NCBI RefSeq assembly: GCF_021028975.2
Contig: NC_059436.1
Coordinates: 36,022,001-36,086,000, forward strand
Direction: 5' to 3'
DNA from: Sphaerodactylus townsendi
Taxonomy: Eukaryota
DNA length: 64,000 bases
A program made the position numbers and the translations under genes. Under the pieces are notes generated by a model, which saw nothing but the letters and a program-made list of their open reading frames with translations, did no database searches and was not told where the DNA came from. This document shows positions 42,606-60,276 of this stretch, one piece after another; the first letter of the stretch is position 1, and the number at the start of each line of letters is the position of its first letter.

Positions 42606-44073
42606 TTAGAGGAAAAATGCTTGCCTCAATGTAGATGAAATGTTTAAGGGATGAATATTATCACTCTGCAGGAAATCTAAGATGCCTGACAAGAAATACA
42701 CAAAGACAGAGTGTTTTCCAAGGTTACATCTGAAAAAATGCTGGAAATAGCTGGGTCTACAAGTCATCTAGGGTAGTTCATCAGGGTCCATATTCTGGGT
42801 TTTGACAATGGAAAAGAACCTCATAACAGAAGGGAACTACATCTCTCATGATGTTCCTCATAACTATGGGGCCATGAAGGAAACAGTCTCCTGCAGACTT
42901 TCTGTCAGTAAAATAGATCTACTTCTAAAGCTGGAGTAAAACGCCAGCAAAATGGCATAAAATGGATCTACTTCTAAAGCCAGTAAAATGGATCTACTTC
43001 GAAAGTTGGAGGTCTTATTTGCATATGATTCCTGCGCTGCTTTCTATCCATACAGATTGAACACACAGAAAACCACTACAAAAATGTACCAAAATAAAGG
43101 GACACCTGCCAATTGTAACTGCACATACGGCATAAGGCTGTTTAACCCCAGTTTTACATGAGGTAGTTCTAGTAGTGGATGTAAATAACAGACTCCCTTG
43201 TATTACAAACAAAAATGCTCTTTTCCTGCCTACAAACCAGAACGAAATCAGGGCTTGTTTCCATCCATTTATTTAAAATAGGACTTCTTCTTCTTTTTTT
43301 TAAAAAAAGATTGTATATGTTTATTCATTTCAGAAGCTGCAAGTCACAGCCAGCCAGCAAATCACACTGACCCCAGAACAACCCATAGGTAATGTGTAGG
43401 ACCCCAAGGGCGTTTGAGAAAAGCAGGCATTAGAGCTGTGCTACATCAGAAGCAGCCTGATGGTACCGCTTGACTGGCTAGAGCCAAAACCCCAGGTATC
43501 ACTGCTGCGGGAGGGACACAAAACCAACCTTTGCCCTAGCACAAACAAATGACCAGAAGCCCCCTGCGCTGGATGGCACAGACCTCTGCTGTGTAACCCC
43601 AGAGAGGTCATTGTGCTAAGAGGGCAGCAACTTTATGACTCCCATCAATAGCAGATTAAGACCTCCCCAAAAGCTCCCTCTCAAGCAATCCAAGCGTACG
43701 TTGCTTGAGGTTATTATAAAATAACGTAGAGCTAATTATTGTCTACGTTAGCCTGCTAGCTGATTCAATCGTAGTAGGTTCTAAAAAAAAAATCAAAATC
43801 AAAAACACTAATTGTATCTATTACATAATAAGCCAACTACCCACAGTAAGCCACACCTCAAGACAATGGCTCCTTTCCCACCAGCAAGAAGCCGCTTCCT
43901 AAGGAAGGAGTGGGAAACGAGAGGCACTGCGGGGGGTGGGGGGCAGGGTCACATCCCTTGAAAATTAGAAAGAAAGCACCCCATGGATTTTTTTGGCCTG
44001 GCTTCCAGTATGCTTGGCGGTGACCCTCGCCCTTCCAGAGGTTACAGGGGGAGGCTCAGACTCACTGCCAGTG

Positions 44074-46951
<2,878 letters not shown>

Positions 46952-47206
46952 CCTGGCTCCTGAAGTACCACAAAAGGCTGATGAGGTTAAAGGAGCCTGG
47001 AAATAAAAACAAAAGCCATTAGGAAGAGAGGCATAGGGAATCTGAGCACCTCTTGAGAAAGCAGCTTTAAGAACCTGAAGGCTCCTCTGCCCTTGGATCA
47101 AGACTGGGCACGTTCTGAGCATTCGACACCAAGTGCTACCTTCCAAGAAGGTCAACTGTCCATTTAAAATGAAAGCAAGTTTTTAGACAAGAGTGGGCAA
47201 CTCAGC

Positions 47207-47581
47207 TTGGGAGAAATCTATAATGCCCGAAGCCTAAATAAAGCCCAAAATATTCTGAGGGACCCGTCTCATCCAGCACACTCTCTTTTTAAACTGCTAC
47301 CATCTGGCAGACGATCTACATTCCCTCAGAACTGAGGGACAGTGAGGGGTTTTAGGAGGACAGGCTTCTACTTCCTAGGAGTCAGTGGCTATGCTAAACT
47401 CCCTGCTTCATATTTCTGGATGCATATTTGGGGCTGTGGTGAGGATGCAAGGAGGATGATTTTGATGCATGAGCTTGAAATTATGTAAAAGTGCATCAAG
47501 TGGAATGCTGCTTGTAAAATTTCTGGCTTGTATGTGTACAGCTGACATCAATAAAATGCTTATGCTTATGCTTATGCTTAT
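47207..47581 (+). mobile_element. 3' fragment of the same Rex1/Babar-like LINE
   Basis: Aligns by eye with 37510-37874 (aaatctataatgcccgaag...ctgctaccatctggcag) and has the same (ATGCTT)n tail. Confidence 0.8.
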
Positions 47582-47907
47582 TATACACAGATACCAGCGC
47601 TTTGTAGTAGCATGCAGAAAAGATCCTGTAACCCTATTTTTGACCTGCTTACAGCTGCCCTTCTGTACCTGCAGACCTCTCCTGATAGAAGACAGCAGCA
47701 TTTACTGCTTGCCTGCCCACACCCTTGCTCCACAGCATGCTATAGGGTTATCTGAGATCCTTTAGACCTGGGAGAGGAAACCAAGGTTGTCCCATGTTTC
47801 TTGATCACAACAAGAGGAAAGGGGCATTGTAGAGATATGGTAGGCATCTCTGCTGTTCCTCACCCCTTTAAACAACCAAAAAACAGCACATACAGCTCAC
47901 TAAACAG

Positions 47908-48208
47908 AGAGCCAGCATGCTACAGTGGTTAAGAGCAGGTGCACTCTAACCTGGAGAACTGGTTTTGATTCCCCACTCTGCCACTTGAGCTCTGGAGGCT
48001 TATTTGGCGAACCAGATTAGATTGTACCCTCCAACACATGCCAGCTGCGTGACCTTGGGCTAGTCACAGTTCTCTGGAGTTCTCTCAGCCCCACCCACTT
48101 TGCAGGGTGTTTGTTGTGGGGGGGGGAGGGAAAGGAGATTGTAAGCCTCTTTGAGTCTTCTTACAGGAGAGAAAGGGGGGGATATAAATCCAAACTCTTC
48201 TTCTCTTC
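47908..48208 (+). mobile_element. tRNA-derived SINE (Squam3-like)
   Basis: Full-length copy. Confidence 0.8.
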
Positions 48209-49093
48209 TACATAATTCTTTTCCAGAGCTGGGGAAATCAGTGCGAGGTAATCCCAGCTGCCTCTCAGTTGTTAAGGGTTAGAAGCAGCCACCGCCACTT
48301 CTAGCTCTTGGAGGCAGGGAAGGAGGGAAGAGGTGATGGTGACAGCAACCAGGGACAGCAGGACAGGGCAGCATGGCAGACAGGCAACCTTTCTGTAATT
48401 TTCCACAAGGGCTGCCAGAGTTGTACTGACCACAAAGGAGACTGAACAGAAATCAGTGAAGTGGTGATGTGTCAAGAAGGTGAATTTTTAATGAAATTCA
48501 GCCAACTCTCAACACAATAATAAATAAGGTTAACTGGGCAGCCAGAGGGTTTAATTGTGCCCATGGCTCATTTTAAATTGCATCAACTCAAGAATCAGAC
48601 GAGCAAAAGGTTTTGTTCCCTCTCCGCTTTCCTAAAAACAGCTGTACATTTTACTGAGAAGAGAGCCCTACAATTGCATCAGTGCAAAGAATTAACCAAG
48701 TCGAAAGGTCCCCCAGTGCCCCTGGCAATCCAGTTCTCAGAGCTCTTCAGAATGGCACTAGATGAGAAGCGATAAGCACACAGGGGCTGGAGACAGAAAT
48801 CCACAAAATCATATTAACACTGATTAAAGTAAAACTCGCAGCCAATAAGGGCAGCGGGAGATCTCACCCTCCAGCTTTCAGAATACCAGGGGTACAAGCA
48901 GGAACCCGTTGAAAAGCTTTCCACACAGTGGCTCACCCTGTAAAGGGCGAAGGGATGGAAGGGCTACACGATAAGCCTGAGAGCATCATCACTGGCAGCT
49001 GCTGGGAAGACTAAGAAGAAAGAAACGGCCAGAAGCCCCAAATGACCCCTCCCTATTATAATCACTTCTAGTTTTTCAGTGTTGCCTATATGG

Positions 49094-49219
49094 CAGAGGT
49101 ATCCAACTCTGGTGCTTCAGATGTCCATGGACTACAATCCCCGGGAGCAGGGACTGCACGAGGGGCTGATGGGAATTGTAGTCCATGGACATCTGAAGCA
49201 CCAGAGTTGGACACCCTTG
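49094..49219. mobile_element. Short palindromic hAT MITE, same family
   Basis: Inverted arms with an 8-bp TSD CTATATGG. Confidence 0.8.
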
Positions 49220-49751
49220 CTATATGGCCTCCACTGTGCTGCTGCTATGAAAATTAGGATTTGAGGATTCAAAGTATTCCATATATACTTCTAATGACAC
49301 TTCTAACAACTCAGCAATATAGGCTAATATTGCTGTCATATTGAGGAAGAAGCCAGGGAAGTCTGGCCTTTAAAAAGGGATTCTCCCCCGCCACAAAGTG
49401 ATTACAAAATCTCTCCAACCTACCCTAAACTGGAAAAGGATGAATATCAGTGATTCAAGTTTTGATTTCATTGCATTCCAGCCTATCTTGAAATTACTAT
49501 AATTCTCAAAGACTCACAGCAAACTACCAACTATTTGGCAATCCAGGCAAATTTAAATACACAAATAAGATGAAAAGTATGGTTTTTATAATCAAGAAAT
49601 ATATTCACCTCAGCAGTAAGTGAACTAAGAAGTTAGTAAACACGGGTAGCAGGGCACCGTTTCCTGCCCACCCATCCTCGGTCATAGTCCAGGTAACCAG
49701 ATGAGAAAACCACAGAAATGGGAATTAGAACTGCCCAAAACATGCTGCGCA

Positions 49752-49949
49752 GGAGGGAAGGTGACATGGCATAGCCTGGTCTCACCAGATCTTGGAAGCT
49801 AAGCAGGGTCAGCACTTGGAAGGGAGCCACCAAGGAAGATTCTGCCAAAGAAGGAAATGGCAAACCACCTCAGCTTCTCACTTGCCTAGAAAGCCCATTG
49901 TTGGGGCCATGATAAATCTACTGTGACTTGACAGCACTTTACACACACA
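49752..49949 (+). mobile_element. 5S rRNA-derived SINE with Sauria/BovB-like tail
   Basis: gcctggtctcaccagatcttggaagctaagcagggtc...cttggaagggag resembles the 5S internal control region, followed by ggcaaaccacctc...gtgacttgacagcactttacacacaca. Confidence 0.65.
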
Positions 49950-52900
49950 AAATGTGCTACATAATGCTGAGCATATGCATGAGAACCTATCCAAAGCCCC
50001 CTGCATGTGGATACCTAGCAGGTCGGGGAGAAGGCTTCTAGAACGTTCAAACTAGCAATCCCTTCATGGGCTTTGGCGAAAAAGACGAGTTTGCAGGTTA
50101 AAAAAAGGAAACGCTTTTACACAGAATGAACTGCGCTAATATATCATTCAGACCAAAACGACCCATCTACCTAGTACTTTCCACCATGACTGGCAATTAT
50201 TATTTTCCAGCCCTGCCGAGCAGCCTTCATCTAGAGATTAAAATATACCATATAGTGCCATCTGTTGCACTTTGAGGACTGGCATGAGCAAGAGGGTGGG
50301 GCATCCTTGCCCCAAGGAGCTTAATATTCAAATTTTAATTGTGGGCATGCGAGTGGGGAGTGACAAAAAAAAGGGTAAGAAGTCAGGTAACAAATAATGA
50401 ATGCAAGCAAACTCAGCACTTAATGAGTGAGCAATAGCAGCAGACACGCAGCTTTGTGTGCAAAAGGAAGAATGCTCTTCTCTCCTCCCCGCAATCCCAA
50501 GGCCTGAGTCCCACCCAGTGGTGTCCCAGTCAGTGCTCCAAGGATATCTGGGGTTCTTTCAGCCTTGGGGAAGACAGCAGCCTGCATGAGCAAGTCAAGG
50601 GAGAGCACAAGCAGAGCTGCACGTCCCAAAAAAGGCGTGTGCCCCCTTGACAGGAAGAGTATGGTCTGGAAGGCCCTTACTGTCTCTCCTGGAAGGAACT
50701 TCAAATAGTCTTGGAAGTCCAACCAGACACACTGGATAAACTTCAGAGAGTTCCATCTGGACAAACCATTTGCTCACTTGGTCTGTCCTGCACATTAGCA
50801 TAAATTATGGACCAGCATTCACACCAAGAGCCAGCCGAAGCATCGTTCCACGATGTACTCAGAAGCATTCCAAGGGTTGTCAAATTCTGAGCAGAATACA
50901 GGAGCATAAACTGGAACCAGTGACATAATTCAACAATAGAATCAAAATTTTACCACCATTTGCCCACTCCATCCAGGGGCTGTAGACCACAAAACTGAAA
51001 AAGACAGGACTGGAAATACATAAACTACTCAGTGAAATTTCACAAGGAGTTAGCTGAGCAGGGTCTCTGGTGACTGGGGTGCCCTGCCTAGCTTCTGCCG
51101 TTTTCACTAAAATAACTGGACACGTTATTCAGAGGTGTTATATATTGGCAGTTCATTGTGGCAAGTTTTCTTATCTCATTGACTTCATTCTTGTGGTTTA
51201 GCCTTTATACATAATTTACATTTAGTCTTCTGACTTTGAAGCCAAAGCATAGCACTGTGTTTATGATTACTGAGCTATCTGCACTTCCCCACCTTATTTG
51301 TTGGATCATCTCCCCTGGCCAGCAGAATTTATTTATTTACTCAATTTATATCCCACCCTTAGCATATTAAGTATGAGGGCCACAGTATTTGACTGAATTG
51401 ATCATTTCATTATTTTGATCAACTGAAGTAAGCAGATGAAGCTAGCAGATTTAAATGTTTTGAAATAAAAGTACTTTTAAAAACGGCAGAAGGCAAGCAC
51501 CATCTTAAAATCGATATTCCCTCTGGAGAGAGAAAGAGGGATATGTGCCAAAGTACAAGCACATATCACCTAAAAATTAATTATGCTTTTCTCTCTACAG
51601 CTAGTTTTTCTTGAATGCAAAATGTAAACCGTTACTTAACTAAATGAAGCTCATATAATTACAGCCGAATCTAGATTGGGGGGGCAAATGGGCTGTGGGA
51701 GTGGCAACAGGCTGTGCTCATGCAGTTGGCCTCTCTGCCGGAAAAAGGGGATCCCCACCAGTGGTTAGGGCAAAGCCGCCACCAGCCAGGCACTCCACAA
51801 CTCTGTGGCAGTGAAACCCGAAGTGGGTGTCACCACAGATCAGATGCTGGCAAAAAGGGTAGCCAGCAAGGGCATTCCAGGGGGTGGATCCACCTGGGCT
51901 TCAGGGCCAGGAATGCTGCGGCCAGGACTTAATAACTCAATTAAGCCCTGTGGAGGGCTTCCAGACAGCCAAGGTTTTATTTCTTTTAGCTGCCGCCCTG
52001 CGTTGCTTGGAAGCCCTCTGGAGGTGGTGCAGCAGCAGTTCTGTTCCTGGCCACCTCAGGATCTGGACTGGCCTGTTAATCTAAGTTTCTTTAAACAGAG
52101 GATAGCCTCAGTAAGCCTTTTACATTGGTCACATAACTCACCTTTGCCTTTTGGTACAACATTTTTGATTTAGAAAACTCATAGCCAGAGTCCAGAGAAT
52201 CACGGGACTAGTTCTGTGAGCTGTGGGTTTAATGCTCCTTCCCAAAATGCCACATGACAAACTGCTTTTGAAAGCAAGTGGATATTTCAAAAGCAGTTTG
52301 CAATGCAGTACATTGTTCATCTGTTACAAGGACAAACATCTCACGGAGAGTACAAAAACCGTTGGATAACTCTCCTGTAAGCATACCTGGATTCTCACCA
52401 ATATATATATATATATATATCATCAACAAGAAAAAAACACCAAACTATATTAAATCTCTACAGCCTTCACCGGCCAAACAAGCTATTTCAATGTACATTA
52501 GTTAAAAAGGAGCCTGTTGAACTACATATTTGATTGGATTACAGCACAGTACAGTTCTTCAAATAAATAAATACAAGAAGGCTTCCTTCCCTTAACACAA
52601 TACCTTGAAAGAAGCACATACCAAAGGCTTTTGTACTCTCACAGTGTTTACTAGCGAAGAACACAATAGGATGGTTTAGCCTTTCACGCAGGGATAAAAC
52701 TTAATCATTACTCACAGTTCTTCTCTGGTTTCCATTGCACCAGGGTGATGCAACCCCCACACCTGAAGCCTTGCACTATGTCCAAAGTCTGGAAAAACCA
52801 ACAGCCGACACCAGCCCTTCTGGGAGGCTGCCAGGAAGCAGTGGATGGCTGTAACAGGAAGTTCATCTTTCACATTCTCCCTGAACAGTCAATAAGTACT

Positions 52901-54406
52901 GGGAAAGGGTTGATTGATCCTAAGATTGTCCTATGATGCAGATAGTTTTAATGGTCTGTTAAAATTTTAAATCTGTCTGCAAAGCTGGCAACGAGCACAC
53001 AAACGCATACTCAAAAGTTTTGCTCCTGAGAAAGAGAATGCAGCCAAACCTCCAGCAGATATTAGCCAGTGTCTCGTCTCCCTCTGCTAGCAATTCCCTA
53101 CTGTACATGCAAGACAAGAAACAGCAGCAGTAAAATACTAATGAGGCATCAGGAGCCTTTCTTCAGCTGACTGTCAAAAGACATTGTCCTTACCTCTTTT
53201 TAGACTAGTTTTCAATGAGCCACAAAGATCAGACAGAGCCAAACATTCAGTTCATTCACTGTCTCGCCAACTGCAGTGGATACCATAAGCCCAGCATCAT
53301 GAGACCAGAATGCTGCTCTCAGTTTATTCAATTTCCTGATACTCTTTGGAAATTTTAATTGGTTCCTCTCCAAAGCAAACGCCCTCCTCCCTGCTGCTCA
53401 AATATTTTGAACACTGCAAAAAGAGCTAGCAAAGGAAACTATTTACAGGAAGAGGGATAGGGATTTATTTGTGTGCATGTGCTATTGCAAACATTCAGAA
53501 AAAGACAACTAAAAGAGGAAATGGCCTTTGCCTCCTTATAACTGGGATAAACTTCTCATATTTTCAATCTCCTTCCTTTTATTTTATAGACTGCATTGCT
53601 TTGTTCATGCCCTCCCAATTTCCATTTGGCTGTTGAGTTTCTCTCTCTTTCTGGATCCATGTTGACTCCTCCACTTTGAAATTTACACTACAAATTGTTT
53701 GAAGCGTGAGCCTTTACAAGACATTCAGTACACAACCATGCTCTCCCTTCAGCTGTCCTTGAATGCTGAAACAGGAAGATTTTTAAAGGTTCAGCTGTAC
53801 CAAACAAACTATAAAGATTCCTTATCAGGAGAGACAACTTTCCTGTGAATCTGCACACATAGAAACAATAGAACATGTATTTCTCCACTGTCAGTACTAT
53901 AAAGATATACATTAGCTTTATTTTGCCATTGCTGCATAGACTTCCAGATTGAACATGACAATTTTATGCTTTTTTGCTACTTACAGATACCAATCTTGAT
54001 ATGAAATATAGTGTTGCTAGGTTTTGCATAGCAGCACTTGAAATATGTTGTAGGATGATCTGTGCTATAAATCAGGCTCAGTGAATATTATGGTTGTGTT
54101 ACTAGAGTGCACTGTGATTTGATAGTTACAGTCTTTTATCTGCCAATTCCATTGTTCCGCTATGCCTATTTCCCCATTTTTGTTTAAGTTTTGTTTCTTT
54201 TTAATATTTATTTTTTTCCCATTTCCTTTATGTTTGTATACCTTTCTTGTGTTCCCATTTTTTCCTATAGGTTCTTTAAAATATATATTTATTGTTTTAA
54301 TAGATTTTATCTTTTTAATTGATGTATCTTATCTACTTTATGCTGGTCTTATGACCATAATAAAGATTAGTAGTACACAACCATGTACTTTTGGGTAGAG
54401 CTAGAT

Positions 54407-57400
54407 CAGTGGTTCTCAACCTGGGAGGCGAATGACCCTTTCACGGGGGTCGCCTAAGACCATCAGAAACGGTCTTTTTGAGCTTCTGGTGCGACTTCCG
54501 GGAGTTTTTGCATTTTACTACCCACAGGGGTTCAGAGTACAAAAGAACCCCCATAGAGGACCTCCGGCTGAGTTCCACGCTCCGGGAGACGGCAGGAGCG
54601 TCAGGCAAAGCCGCAGACGTGGGCGGCCCAGGAGCGGACCAGCCGGGGTGAGTGGCGAGACGCGCCACCGGTTCCCCGGGCAGGGCAAAGAGGTGGACCC
54701 CCAAGAGGTGGGAAGGAGTCGGGGTGCCGACAGGTGCCAGTGCGGGAGGGCCAGGACAAAGACAGTCCCCACTACAACCCGAGATGGAGCCAGGACTGAT
54801 CTGAGAAGCGACGGAGCAGGGCGTGGGGCAGCAATCTCAGCGGCAGCGGGAAGGCGGAGACAGCCTAATAGGCAGCCCAGCTGAGCTACAGAGCCAGTAG
54901 GCAGAGCTCTCTCCGGAGCGCATTTTGAAAATATATTAATGTAGTTTAAATGAATGTTTAGTGATCTTTTCAAGCCAGTACATACCAAGGAACTACTGGG
55001 AATACAAACCACAGTGGTAAAGAAACAAAATTAAATCCTGCAGTGCCCTTGAAATTTTTGTATGACTTATATTCTTGCGCCAGTCTTTCTTGTTTGTGGT
55101 CTCATCCTTTGTGTTTGTGGCTTTGGGAGTCAAGTGAAATTATCTATAAAGAATGACACCCAGGTAACAAAATCGTGCACAATCAATGCACCACCCAAAC
55201 CAAGGAAACCAATCAAACACACTGGACAAAATTAATATAAATGATGTTTGGTTAAAACTGGAACAAATAGCAGAAACAACATCAGAGACAAATAATCATG
55301 TGAAAAGACTGGAAGAAGAGCTGATGAATATAAAACAGGAAATTTAAAAATTGGCATGTTAGAACCAGGAATGAATCAAGTCAAAGAAGATTTGAAACAA
55401 GTGGACAAAAGATTGGAACAAGTAGAAGGGAAAATGGGGAATATAGATGCTGAAAGAGAAGTACTGGAAATGGACAATTTAAAATGAGAAAGTAAATTTA
55501 AAGAAAGATTCTTGAAGTTTAGAAAAATCCCTGAACAAGAAAATGAAAACCTGATGAATAAAATGATAGAAATATTGGCAGAATTTGTAGGAAAATCACC
55601 CCAAGATGTAGAATTTGAGTTGGATGAGGCTTTCAGAATCAATTCTAAGATTGCCAAGGAAAGAAACTTACCTAGGGATATACTAATAGGTTTCACCAGA
55701 AAAAATCATTTAGAAATGAAATATTACGTAGACATTATGAAAAAGCTTTAAAGGTAGAAGGGAGAGAAATCATCATTATGAAGGAAGTACCAACAAAAAT
55801 TCTGAATATGAGAAAGGACTCTGTAGATTTAACTTCAAGCTTAAGAAATAAAAATGTATACAAGCGGGAGATCCTTCCTCATATTCAAAATTTTTGGAAT
55901 AAAATGGAAGCAGTAGAATTCTTGAAAAAATTCAGAAAAGAATTGAAATAATTTGAGTACTGTATATTGAAATAACAATTAGAGGGGAAAAATTTCTCAA
56001 TAGCAGTTCCTGGAGATTTAAAATGGAGGTTTGGTACCCATAATATTAAGTTATTAAAGGCTACAAGATGTATAAAGATGGGTTTTTTCTGTTTTTGTTG
56101 GTATGGTATTAACTCTGGCTTGTTGAGATGTGGAGTGTAACATCTTTGGTATTGTGAAATAGTAGTTACTGACATACCGTGTATTTAAGTGTGATTTATT
56201 ATTATAAATTTCAATTATTTTAATTATTAAATAAAATGAACAAGATAAAGTGTATAACTTGGAATGTTAATGGGATGAATAATCCCATTAAAAGGAAGGT
56301 GTACAACTTTTTAGAAAGGCAAAAACACAAGTGGTTTGCCTGCAAGAAACACATATAATTGAGAAAGATTGCAGTTTGTTAAAGAACAACAAACTAGGCA
56401 TAAACTTTGTGGCTGCTAGAGAAAAGGGAAAAAATCGGGAATAGTTTTGTATATGGATAGAAATTTGGGACCGAACATACGTTACAAAGATAAAGAAGGA
56501 TGCCTTATTATAGTAGAGGTGATCTTAAATGGAGTAAAGTTACTTTTAGTTGGGATATATGCACCTAATACCGGGAAGCAAGAATTCTATGACAAAGTAT
56601 TTAGAAAAATAATAGATACAACAGATAATCATGAAGATTTAATGATAATGGGAGATTTGAATGGTTTTGTTAATCAGGATTTAGATTAAAAATATGGAGA
56701 AAAGAGGATAAGGATAAGGGGAAATTACCAGAAACCTTCTTTGAAGGAGTAAAATATTTTAATTTGGTTGATGTATGGCGATTTAAGAATCAGAAAGAAA
56801 AGGAGTTTACTTATTATTCCCCAAAATACAAAACCTGGTCTAGATTAGATATGATGTGGCTTTCAACAAGTGTATTAATGTGGTGTGACAAATCGGAAAT
56901 TCAAGTTAATACAATATCAGATCACAATCCAATGATAATAGAATTGGATGGGAGAAATAAGATGAAGGAAAGAAACTGGAGATTAGATAATTATTATTAG
57001 ATGATGCTGTAATTTCAGATTGTAGAAAAAAATAGAAAGAATTCTTTGAAATTAATACGAAAAATTATGAGAAATGGAATGTGATATGGGATGCTTTTAA
57101 AGCTCAAGTGAGGGGTACCTTTATTGAAATAAAAGCAAGAAAGAAAAAAACAAGAAAAGTAGGTTAGAGGAACTGGAGAAAGTTTTAAATGACAAAGAGA
57201 ATGAATTCATGAAATAAAAAAATTACAGGAAGAAATATATTTTATCAGACATCAATATGAGGTAGCACTATCAGAAGAAATAAATAAGGGTATCTTAAGG
57301 ACTAAAAGGTTTTGGTTTGAACACGGAAATTAAAACAAAGAAAAGCGGAGAATTTTATCCATGAAATAAACATTAATGGTCAGAAAACCAAAGATAAAGG

Positions 57401-60276
57401 ATAAAACAAGAATTTAAAAACTTTTATACAAAATTATATAATAAAAAAGAAAGTCTTAGCGAAATTAATTTAATAAATAATGTGAAGCTAAAAAACTACA
57501 AATGGGATAAAATAGATGAAGATTTTAAAATTATTAAATAAAGATATTACTAAAGAAGAAATTATTGCAGCAATTAAAAATTAAAATTAAATAAAACACC
57601 GGGCCCTGACGGCATCTCGAATTTATTTTATAAAAATTCACAGAGGATATTATAGAAATATTAGTAATAGTATATAATAATATTGTTCAAAATGGTGTAC
57701 CTGAATCGTGGAGAATGGCGAACATCACATTGATACCAAAGGAAGGAAAAGATAAATCAGAGACTATAAACTATAGCCCAATATCTCTTTTAAATTCTGA
57801 TTACAAGATATTCACTTCAATTTTGGAAAATAGATTAAAAGAGGTTCTTCTATAAATAATCAAACTGGCTTCCTTCCAACAAGACACATGAAAGACAATA
57901 TCCGTACAGTAGTGAACATTATAGAGTTTTATGAAAATCATACGGATAAACAAATGGCTTTATTTTTCTTGGATATGTTTAAAGCTTTTGACAGCCTCAG
58001 TTGGAACCTGATAAATGAAGTTTTATGTAGGAAAAACTTTGGAGAAATTTAGACAGTGGATTAAACAAATATACTCGGCACAATATGTGAGAATTATAGT
58101 AAATGGGGAAAAAACAGAAAATTGTGAAATAGAATGTGGAACCCATCAAGGCTGTCCCTTGTCCCCATTATTGTTTATTTTAGTGTTAGAAATTTTGATA
58201 GATAAAATTAAAGAGACTGATAGTATAAAAGGGACTAAAATTAAAGGGGGACAATTTAAGATCCAAGCATACACGGACGATTTAGTAATTATTTTGGAAG
58301 ACCCGATAGGGTCTATAGTGGAATTAAAAAAGATATTAGAAGAATTTGAGATAATATCTGGTTTAAAAGTGAATAGGGATAAAACACAAATATTAGTTAA
58401 AAATAGGAGGAATAGTGATAAAACACTTTTAGAAGCTATATGGCAGGGACAGGCGAAGAAAGTGAAGTATTTAGGTATTAACTTAACTGCATCAAATTTA
58501 AGACTATTTGAAAATAATTATTCAGTAATGTGGAATAAGATTAAAAAAGATCTTAAAATCTGGGGGAAATTAAATCTGTCTATATTAGGCAAAATAGGAG
58601 TATTAAAAATGAACATGTTACCAAGAATGCTTTTTTTGTTTAATAATTTACCAATATTAAAATCCGAGAAAATTTTCAGTACTTGGCAAATAGACAATTT
58701 GAAATTCCTTTTTTGGGGAGGGGGGAACCCCGGGTTAAATATAAAGTCCTTACAGATAATAAGGAAAGAGGAGGCCTGGCAGCTCCAAACTTAAAATTAT
58801 ATTATGAAGCATGCTGCCTGGTCTGGTTGAAGGATTGGTTCTTAATTAAGAATAAGAGATTATTAGCAATTGAGGGGGCGGATCTGAGATCTGGAACACA
58901 TGCATACCTGTGGTTTCATAAAGAAAGGCTGAATAAACAATTTTTTCAGCATCCCTTTAGGTTTGCTCTGTATAAAATTTGGGACAAATACAAAAATAAA
59001 TTGTACAGGAATGTGCCATGGTGGATATCTCCCCATGAAGCTCTTTTGAACAAGAATGTTTTGGAGAAAGGATGGTTAAAATTCTATGATTTATTAAAGT
59101 TGGTTCAGACAGAAAAAGGGCCACGGGTAGAAATTAGAACGATGGAAGAATTAGAAATGGCTGGATGGAAAGTGAATTGGTGGCTACATCAACAACTGTA
59201 TAGCATTATAAAGAAAGAATTGATCCCACTGTGGATTCAAGGTTTTGAAGATACACTTTATTTAAATCTTTTGAACAAAAATGATCTAATTAAACGGATG
59301 TATAATCTGTGTTTAGAATTAGATAGGGAAGACGAAGTAGTAAAAGAATACATGATAAATTGGGCCAGAGACATTGGTCACACAATCCCATTGGAAAAAT
59401 GGGAAAAAGTATGGAAATCAGGATTTAAAAATATTATTAGTAATGCTATTAGAGAAAATCTTTACAAGATTTGGTTTAGGTGGTACATTACACCAAAACA
59501 ATTGGCTAAATTCATTTGTACATCCAACAAATGTTGGAAATGCAAGTTGGAAATAGGAAGTTTATATCATATGTATGGGAATGTAAGAAGGTTAAGAAAT
59601 TTTGGTGTGGTGTACACAAGGAAATTCAGAAAATTTTAAAGGTAAATATAAAATGCACTCCTGAATTATATAAGGAATGTGTGACAATAGGCAAATAACT
59701 GAAAACAGAACATTATTTCAATACTTATCAACGGCTGCTAGGATTACGCTAGCCAGATATTGGTGTCAACAGACAATTCCCTCGATATTGGAGTGGCGAC
59801 AGAAAGTAATGGACCTAGTTAAAACAGCAAGTCTATCAGGATGTGAAAAGTTGGAGACTAATGGGAAATTGAAGAATTTATGGTTATTATGGATTAAATA
59901 TATCGAGAAGTCAAAACAAAAATATGTGATCTTAGATATAATTTAAGAAGTATAAGAAATAATAGAAATACAAAATAAATATAAGTATTAGAATAAAGTA
60001 ACAAACGTTGTTAGGTTGGTATGTAATTGCGGAAGCTCATTAAGTTTATGTTAAAATGAAAATGGAACAATATGGTAATGTTATAATATATTAGGACCTT
60101 GTAAATAGATCATGATTTTATTTTGGATGTATATGTGAACACTTATAACTGTAAATACAATAAAGCAATTTAAAAAAAGAAAAAGAAAACGGTCTTTTTA
60201 TATTTTATATATACCAATTTTATGGTTGGGGGTCACCACAACGTGAGGAACTGTATTAAAGGGTTGAGAACCACTG
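54407..60276 (-). mobile_element. SPIN/URR1-like hAT MITE split by the L1 (halves 54407-54479 and 60187-60276)
   Basis: TIRs CAGTGGTTCTCAACC and GGTTGAGAACCACTG with an 8-bp TSD AGCTAGAT at 54399-54406 and 60277-60284. The internal sequence is the reverse complement of the 11232-11397 copy. Confidence 0.88.
54480..60186 (+). mobile_element. Full-length L1 LINE (~5.7 kb): CpG-rich 5' UTR, ORF1 about 55150-55955, ORF2 56236-59946 (EN, RT, CCHC) disrupted by frameshifts and stops, poly-A tail
   Basis: ORF1 has a coiled coil and RNLPRDILIGF. EN motifs are WNVNG, CLQETH, IYAPN, GDLN, SRLD and SDHNP. RT motifs are QGCPLSPLLF, YTDD and KYLG, followed by CWKC...H. AATAAA and an A-tail end the element, with TSD AAACGGTCTTTTT at 54467-54479 and 60187-60199. 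Confidence 0.93.

Noticed and set aside
42910-43008. Three spaced copies of aaatggatctacttctaaagc, and short duplications at 31787-31830, 37751-37800 and 41120-41170
   Set aside because: Local slippage duplications in a vertebrate genome. They are not CRISPR arrays and show no regular spacers.
49770-49830. 5S rRNA-like sequence (also reversed near 32610-32690)
   Set aside because: Truncated, diverged and fused to a retroposon tail, so it is a SINE head rather than an rRNA gene.
54518-55012. 164-aa antisense ORF in the L1 5' UTR (ORF0-like?)
   Set aside because: It has a non-ATG start, lies in GC-rich sequence with few stops, and has no recognisable motif. Conservation across copies would be needed.
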